Origin: Promethearchaeum syntrophicum
GTDB taxonomy: Archaea; Asgardarchaeota; Lokiarchaeia; Sigyniarchaeales; Promethearchaeaceae
Direction of reading: 5' to 3'
DNA: 32,000 nt
Assembly (NCBI RefSeq): GCF_008000775.2
Contig: NZ_CP042905.2
Location: 630,001-662,000, forward strand
Below are positions 26,598-32,000 of the stretch, one piece after another; the stretch's first letter is position 1, and the number at the start of each line of letters is the position of its first letter. Position numbers and translations under genes: made by a program. The notes beneath the pieces were generated by a model that searched no databases, was not told the DNA's origin, and saw only the letters and a list, made by a program, of their open reading frames with translations.

Positions 26598-27017
26598 ATG
26601 CCAAAACAAATGAATTTTATTGTCTCGGAAAATAGTTTTGAAAAATTCGGGATGATGGTGATATTGGGCACTACTGGTGCTGCGATGGAGACACAAATGA
26701 ACTTCTTCTTTACATTTTGGGGACTTTTCCTCCTAAAGAGAAGTTATAATCCCGGAGTCGCTAAAATGCCCTTCCCATTCAAGAAGATGGGCGGAACGAT
26801 GTTTAAAAAGATGTTGAAAGGATTTGGATATGATGACATGTGGGAAATGATAAAAGATGGTGTTGAAGAAGGCAAAATTAAATTATACCCATGCTCAATG
26901 ACTATGGACTTACTAAGAATCAAACGCAAATCAATGCACAAATTCGTTGAAGAACCTGTTGGTGCCGCTGCATTCTTAGAGATGTGCGATAATGCAGATT
27001 CAGTAATTTCATTATAA
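26598..27017 (+). CDS. DsrE2/DsrE3-like (DsrE/DsrF/DrsH superfamily) protein
   Basis: 139 aa; GTTGAAMETQMNFFFTFWGLFLLKR...KMGGTMFKKM...GKIKLYPCSMTMDLLRIKR...VGAAAFLEMCDNADSVISL. Confidence 0.83.
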   Translation: MPKQMNFIVSENSFEKFGMMVILGTTGAAMETQMNFFFTFWGLFLLKRSYNPGVAKMPFPFKKMGGTMFKKMLKGFGYDDMWEMIKDGVEEGKIKLYPCSMTMDLLRIKRKSMHKFVEEPVGAAAFLEMCDNADSVISL

Positions 27018-27115
27018 TATTGAAAATTTTCTGTATTTTTTTTTAAATATATACAAAAATATTTGACTAAAATAATAATATATCAAAAAATTAAAACTAA
27101 AAAGGATGTCTTATT

Positions 27116-27619
27116 GTGGGAAAAAAAGAAGTTATGAATAATATATCGAATGGGACAAATCATAAAGCGTTCCTTGATGAAATTGATAAGAAAATCCTTA
27201 CGCTCATTCAAGAGGATGGAAAAGCCTCACTACGAACAATTTCTAAAACTATAGGATCCAGTATTTCCACTGTTAAAAATCATCTAGATAGATTAAATGA
27301 AATTGAAGTCATAAAACGAACTATTGCGGTTGTTGATTGTTGCAAAATTGGATATACAGAAATGATTTTAATATCTATTCGAGTAAATTCTTCTGTCGGA
27401 ATTCAAGAAATTCTAGATCATCTTGAAGAAATTGAACAAATTAATGCAATTTATCAAGTATCAGGTAATTATCCAATCTTTTGTTTCGCTAAATGCGTTG
27501 AAAAGGAAGATCAAATAAATTTACTTGAAGATATAAAAAAAACCAAAGGAATTGATGAGGCAGTAACCCAAATTGTTCTCAAAAGAGTAAAGGAAGATAT
27601 GCGAGTTAAAATACCATAA
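27116..27619 (+). CDS. Lrp/AsnC-family transcriptional regulator
   Basis: 167 aa; LDEIDKKILTLIQEDGKASLRTISKTIGSSISTVKNHLDRLNEIEVIKRTIAVVD plus a C-terminal RAM-like domain. Confidence 0.85.
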   Translation: MGKKEVMNNISNGTNHKAFLDEIDKKILTLIQEDGKASLRTISKTIGSSISTVKNHLDRLNEIEVIKRTIAVVDCCKIGYTEMILISIRVNSSVGIQEILDHLEEIEQINAIYQVSGNYPIFCFAKCVEKEDQINLLEDIKKTKGIDEAVTQIVLKRVKEDMRVKIP

Positions 27620-27635
27620 ATTAGAAGGAAAAAAA

Positions 27636-28247
27636 ATGACAAGTAATACTAAAAGCGAAATTGAAAACGATTTTCTAGAAGAAAAGAAAAAATATGTTGA
27701 GTTAAGTGATTTTGATTCTCATTTTTTTGATGACATCGAAAATCGGAGCAAAATCTTATCATGTATTCAATGTGGAACATGTTCCGCGAGTTGTGAATCA
27801 GGTAGATGGACAGCGTTAAAAACCAGAATGATTATTCGAAAAGTAATATTAGGTGATCTCTCAGTATTAGAGGATCCTGACATCTGGCTTTGTACGACAT
27901 GTTATAATTGTTATGAGCGTTGTCCCCGTAATTTGAAACCTACAGAAGTAATTATCGAATTAAGGAATTATGCATCGAAATTAGGAAATATTCATCCAGT
28001 TCATAGGAAAGTGGTAGATTTTCTAAAAGCAACAGGTCATGCTGTTCCAATCAATGATGAAACGATCCAGAAACGAAAAGAATTGGGTATTGATGAAATT
28101 CCACCAACCTTATACAAATTTAAAGATGAAGAAAATAGTGATTTGACAAAATATGCAAAGGAATTATTCAATCTAGTTCCTCCTAAAGAAAAAAAGGACG
28201 CAGGAATGAATAAAAACAAAGTTATAGATAAAGAAAAGAAGGCTTAA
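27636..28247 (+). CDS. hdrC: Heterodisulfide reductase subunit C, second module
   Basis: 203 aa; SCIQCGTCSASCESGRWTAL and CTTCYNCYERCPRNLKP. Confidence 0.94.
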   Translation: MTSNTKSEIENDFLEEKKKYVELSDFDSHFFDDIENRSKILSCIQCGTCSASCESGRWTALKTRMIIRKVILGDLSVLEDPDIWLCTTCYNCYERCPRNLKPTEVIIELRNYASKLGNIHPVHRKVVDFLKATGHAVPINDETIQKRKELGIDEIPPTLYKFKDEENSDLTKYAKELFNLVPPKEKKDAGMNKNKVIDKEKKA

Positions 28248-28250
28248 AAA

Positions 28251-29159
28251 ATGGTCCAAGAAAAGAAATATGCGTTTTATTTAGGTTGTATAATGCCTAA
28301 TAGATACCCTGCCATAGAAAAATCAACTCGGTTTGCAATGGAAAAACTCGGTTATGAATTATTAGATATGGAACGAGCAGCATGTTGTCCTGCTCCCGGA
28401 GTTTTACGTTCCTTTGATAAGGAAGATTGGATGGTAGCTGCCGCACGAAATATATGCATAGCAGAAAAGATGGATGTTGATTTACTAACCGTTTGTAACG
28501 GGTGCTTTGGCACATTGCAAGAAGTTAACACACAATTACATGAAAATGAAGAATTGCGTGAGAGAGTAAATAAAAAATTAAAATTACTTGGAGATTATGA
28601 ATTTAAAGCTACAATACAAGTCAAACATGTAGCAGCGATATTAGCAATAGATATTGGACCTTCTGAAATTAAAAAACACTTAGTTAGGAAGATAAAGGCA
28701 ACCACAGCAATTCATTATGGGTGTCACTTTTTAAAACCTAGTCATGTTAGACAAATCGATAGTTCAGAGGATCCAATTATTTTAGAAGATTTTGTGGAAG
28801 CTTTGGGTATCAAATCATTGCAATTTAAACAAAAATATACCTGTTGTGGTGCGGGAGGTGGAATAAAGGCTGCCTATGCTGATACAAGCATGAACATTCT
28901 ATCCGAGAAGATGAAACATATCTCAGATGTTAACCCAGATTTTATTTTAGATGTGTGTCCTTTCTGCCATTTACAATTTGAAACGGGTCAAGATTGGCTT
29001 AAAAAGAATCATAGTATTAATTACGATATTCCAGTATTTCATCTCTCTCAAATCGTAGCATATTGTTTGGGAATGGAAGAGAAATATATGGGATTAAAAT
29101 ATCAAAACCATGGTAAAAAATATCAATTAACTCCAATTGAGGTGCAAACAAGTGACTAA
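28251..29159 (+). CDS. hdrB: Heterodisulfide reductase subunit B, second module
   Basis: 302 aa; YLGCIMPNRYPAIE...CCPAPGVLRSF...CNGCFGTLQE...HYGCHFLKP...CCGAGGGIKAAY...CPFCHLQFETGQ. Confidence 0.96.
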   Translation: MVQEKKYAFYLGCIMPNRYPAIEKSTRFAMEKLGYELLDMERAACCPAPGVLRSFDKEDWMVAAARNICIAEKMDVDLLTVCNGCFGTLQEVNTQLHENEELRERVNKKLKLLGDYEFKATIQVKHVAAILAIDIGPSEIKKHLVRKIKATTAIHYGCHFLKPSHVRQIDSSEDPIILEDFVEALGIKSLQFKQKYTCCGAGGGIKAAYADTSMNILSEKMKHISDVNPDFILDVCPFCHLQFETGQDWLKKNHSINYDIPVFHLSQIVAYCLGMEEKYMGLKYQNHGKKYQLTPIEVQTSD

Positions 29160-31176
29160 TTCAACAAACGCAGATGATATTGCTGTTAGTGATCAAAAAA
29201 CTCTTCATAATGAAAAAGATGAACCCCGAATCGGGGTTTTTGTTTGTCATTGTGGCCATAATATTGCAGATACAGTTGATGTTGAGAAAACTATTGAAGC
29301 AGTTAAAGGATTAGACAATGTTGTTGAAGCTCAGCATTATATGTTCATGTGCTCGAAACAAGGAATTGAAATGGTAAAGGAAAGTATCAAAGAAAAGGGT
29401 GTCAATAGGACGGTAGTCGCTTCATGTTCAAAAACCCAACATGGTCCCACATTTGCAAGAGCAATTGAAGAGGAAGGTCTTAACAAACATTTGCATTTCC
29501 AAGCCAACATACGTGAAGGTTGTTCATGGGTAACTCCTAAAAGTAAAAAACCAGAAGCTACCAAAAAAGCGATCAAATTAGTTTCTGGAGCAATCAATCG
29601 AGCACGCAAATTGGAAGAAGTAGAAACCAAACAAATTAAAACTACAAAAGCGGCTTTAGTTATTGGAGCAGGGATTGCTGGGTTAAGAGCAACTATGGAT
29701 TTGGCCAATCTTGGTATTCCAGTATATTTAGTGGAGCGTGAATCGAGTATAGGGGGGCATATGACTCAGTTATATAAAACATTCCCAACTAATGAATGTC
29801 CACAATGTTCAATTTCGCCTTTAACAAACGGTGTCGCAAGCCATCCAAATGTTACGTTAATGACTTATAGTACAGTGAAGAGTGTTGAAGGTTCTTTAGG
29901 AAATTTTGAAGTTAAAATTCAAACCAAACCTCGATATGTTCATGACAACTGTACCTCTTGTGGAGAATGTGCTGAAAAATGTCCTGTTGAAGTTCCTAGT
30001 GAATGGGATAGTGGTATGAGTATGAGAAAGGCAATTTACAAACTCTACCCTCAAGCTATCCCCTCAACTTATGTACGTGATAAGAAAGTATGTATTACTT
30101 GTCAAACGTGTGTTAATTTATGTCCTGTAGGAGCTGTAGATTTCTCAATGAAGAAAACTATAACTACTGTCAAAGTTGGCTCAATAATAGTAGCAACGGG
30201 ATATGATGAATACGATCCTTCTGAAATTGAACCATATCATTATGGACAACCGGGTTATGAAGATATAATTACACAATTACAGTTTGAGAGGATGTTAAAT
30301 CCTGTTTCGTTAACGGGGTCAAATATTTTACGACCATCTGACGGTAGCGTTCCAAAACGAGTTGTTATGATACAATGTGTGGGGTCGAGAAATGAACAAG
30401 TAGGAAACGAATATTGCACTGGTGTTTGTTGCATGTTTGGAAATAAGAACGCGCAAATGATTAAAGAAATCAATCCTGAAACGGATGTAATTATGTGTTA
30501 TATCGATATGAGAACTCCTGGAATATATTATGAAGAATTTTATAAAAAATCTCAAGAGATGGGAATAAAATTCATTCGGGGTAGACCTTCAGAAATTGAA
30601 AGAAATCCTCTTACTGGTGAATTAACTGTGATCGTTGAAGATACATTATCATTATCACCAATGGAAATACAAGCAGATATGATCGTTCTATCTGCAGCTA
30701 TGGTTCCTCCAAGAGGAATTGGTCCACTTGGGTCAAAACTTCAAATTCTACGAATGAAGGAAGGATTTTTCAAAGAATTCCATATTAAAATGAACCCAAC
30801 TAAATCTTCAAAAGATGGAATTTTTTTGGCAGGAGCTATTCAGGGTCCAAAGGATATAACACAGTCTGTCGCACAAGCGGGTAGTGCTGCAGCTCTTGCA
30901 GCTGCCCCTTTAGTAAGAGGGTATATAGAGAAAGAGATGATAATTCCTTTAATTGATCATGTAAGTTGTACTTTATGTGGAGCATGTAAAACTGTATGCC
31001 CATTCGGAGCCTTAGATATCAAGAATGAAAAATTGGAATTAAATGAAGTTGCTTGCAAAGGATGTGGCTTGTGTCAACCGATTTGCCCAACTGCTGCAAT
31101 CCAATTGATAAATACACGCGAAGATGAACTTTATGATGAAATTGTAGGAATTACAGGAGGAATTACAAATGCTTAG
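29152..31176 (+). CDS. hdrA: Heterodisulfide reductase subunit A, second module (track start 29137 is TTG; GTG at 29152 more likely)
   Basis: VFVCHCGHNIADTV, ALVIGAGIAGLRATMDLA, GGHMTQLYKTFPTNECPQCSISP, four 4Fe-4S motifs, CVGSRNEQVGNEYCTGVCCMFGNKNA. Confidence 0.95.
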   Translation: MTNSTNADDIAVSDQKTLHNEKDEPRIGVFVCHCGHNIADTVDVEKTIEAVKGLDNVVEAQHYMFMCSKQGIEMVKESIKEKGVNRTVVASCSKTQHGPTFARAIEEEGLNKHLHFQANIREGCSWVTPKSKKPEATKKAIKLVSGAINRARKLEEVETKQIKTTKAALVIGAGIAGLRATMDLANLGIPVYLVERESSIGGHMTQLYKTFPTNECPQCSISPLTNGVASHPNVTLMTYSTVKSVEGSLGNFEVKIQTKPRYVHDNCTSCGECAEKCPVEVPSEWDSGMSMRKAIYKLYPQAIPSTYVRDKKVCITCQTCVNLCPVGAVDFSMKKTITTVKVGSIIVATGYDEYDPSEIEPYHYGQPGYEDIITQLQFERMLNPVSLTGSNILRPSDGSVPKRVVMIQCVGSRNEQVGNEYCTGVCCMFGNKNAQMIKEINPETDVIMCYIDMRTPGIYYEEFYKKSQEMGIKFIRGRPSEIERNPLTGELTVIVEDTLSLSPMEIQADMIVLSAAMVPPRGIGPLGSKLQILRMKEGFFKEFHIKMNPTKSSKDGIFLAGAIQGPKDITQSVAQAGSAAALAAAPLVRGYIEKEMIIPLIDHVSCTLCGACKTVCPFGALDIKNEKLELNEVACKGCGLCQPICPTAAIQLINTREDELYDEIVGITGGITNA

Positions 31177-31582
31177 TGAACAAAAAGATGTTCTTGCCTT
31201 TATGTGTGCTGAATGTGGTCAAGGTGCTGCAGTCACTGCAGGTGTTGCTAGATTAAAATATGATACTTCTGTCAAAATCATTCGAGTAAAGTGCAGTGGC
31301 TTAGTAGGACCTATCCAAATAATGGATGCATTAAAAAATGGAGCAGATGCAGTTGCCGTAATTGGTTGCTGCTTTCAGGCTTGTCATTTTTTCAATGGGA
31401 ATTTTCTTTCTATGCATCGAATAAAACTTATGAAAAAGCTCTTTAAGGAAATGGGATACAGCGATCAAATGATTAATCATTATACTGCTCGAGCTGCGGA
31501 AGGTGAAACTGCTACTGGGGATTTTGAAGATGCTATTGAACGTTTGATGAAAGCAGAAGAAGAAGGAGGAACTTTTGCATGA
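31169..31582 (+). CDS. mvhD: MvhD/FlpD-like protein, second module (divergent)
   Basis: 137 aa; AFMCAECGQGAAVTAG...IRVKCSGLVGPIQIMDALKNGADAVAVIGCCFQACHFFNGN. Confidence 0.88.
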   Translation: MLSEQKDVLAFMCAECGQGAAVTAGVARLKYDTSVKIIRVKCSGLVGPIQIMDALKNGADAVAVIGCCFQACHFFNGNFLSMHRIKLMKKLFKEMGYSDQMINHYTARAAEGETATGDFEDAIERLMKAEEEGGTFA

Positions 31583-32000
31583 AAATTGGGATTTTTCAAT
31601 TAAATGGTTGCAATAAATGTTTCAATGAAACAATTTTATTAGATAAACACATAAAATCTAAAAATGAAATTTATAGAATAAAAAATTCTGAAATTGAATC
31701 ATGGTCTGAGAAAGAGCTTGATTATGCAGTTGTAACGGGGTATATAAAACCAGAAAACCATGAATTTCTTCAAAATTTATCTAAAAATTCAAAAAATATA
31801 GTGGGATATGGAAGTTGTGCAACAACAGGAGGAATTTTCGGGTTAGCTTACCAAAATGGATATAAAATCTCACCAATCGGAAAAATAATCTCAGATGCAG
31901 CAATTGTTGATGGGTGTTTGGGTGAAATTGAAGAATTATCTGAAATTTTACAAGGTAATCCTTTATCAAATGATAGCAATCTATGTAAATCTTGCGCACG
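31579..32000 (+). CDS. [NiFe] hydrogenase small-subunit-like protein (MvhG-like), truncated by window end; absent from the ORF track
   Basis: ATG at 31579 in ATGA overlap with mvhD; open to the window end: MKIGIFQLNGCNKCFNETILL...DYAVVTGYIKPENHEFLQNLSKNSKNIVGYGSCATTGGIFGLA...DGCLGEIEELSEIL...NLCKSCA. Confidence 0.8.
   Translation, partial: MKIGIFQLNGCNKCFNETILLDKHIKSKNEIYRIKNSEIESWSEKELDYAVVTGYIKPENHEFLQNLSKNSKNIVGYGSCATTGGIFGLAYQNGYKISPIGKIISDAAIVDGCLGEIEELSEILQGNPLSNDSNLCKSCA

Noticed and set aside
26145-26696. Minus-strand ORFs 26145..26441 and 26511..26696
   Set aside because: Antisense to dsrH-like and dsrE2-like genes; His/Ser- and Phe-rich antisense artefacts.
29137-29151. Track start (TTG 29137) for the second hdrA
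   Set aside because: The in-frame GTG at 29152 gives a smaller overlap with hdrB and looks the more plausible start; the N-terminal RCKQV extension is unsupported.
1-32000. CRISPR array, rRNA, tRNA, transposase or integrase
   Set aside because: No regularly spaced repeats, no recognisable tRNA/rRNA segments and no transposase or integrase motifs seen in any listed ORF. A tRNAscan/cmscan run would be decisive.

Overview
The window is AT-rich, gene-dense archaeal DNA. It looks Asgard-like, an inference from the Rab-type small GTPase, the longin/Roadblock-like neighbour and the Hdr/Mvh modules. Main contents: (1) an LRR protein and a small family of HTH + zinc-ribbon proteins, one interrupted by an in-frame TAG and one reduced to a short remnant; (2) a DUF255 thioredoxin-fold protein, a nitroreductase and a PIN/UPF0175 toxin-antitoxin pair; (3) an acyl-CoA dehydrogenase with a C-terminal rubredoxin-like knuckle; (4) a tightly packed operon of three membrane proteins, an FAD-linked oxidase and an HdrD-like Fe-S protein, where the 12-TM protein has His residues placed like a highly divergent heme-copper oxidase subunit I; (5) a thiol/oxygen redox group (flavodiiron protein, FTR catalytic subunit, glutaredoxin-like protein, rubredoxin-reductase-like flavoprotein); (6) two hdrC-hdrB-hdrA-mvhD modules on either side of a tusA-dsrE-dsrF-dsrH-dsrE2-like sulfur-trafficking cassette and an Lrp/AsnC regulator, with the second module running into a [NiFe]-hydrogenase small-subunit-like gene at the window edge. 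The most striking observation is a protein at the end of the first hdr operon (19155..20108, minus). It has an N-terminal domain resembling glycine-cleavage H protein, with Gln at the lipoyl-Lys position, fused to a Rab/Ras-like GTPase, and is followed by a longin/Roadblock-like gene. This suggests a GTPase-linked component of an Hdr/Tus sulfur-electron system that I do not know to be described. All family calls come from motif reading, not database searches.
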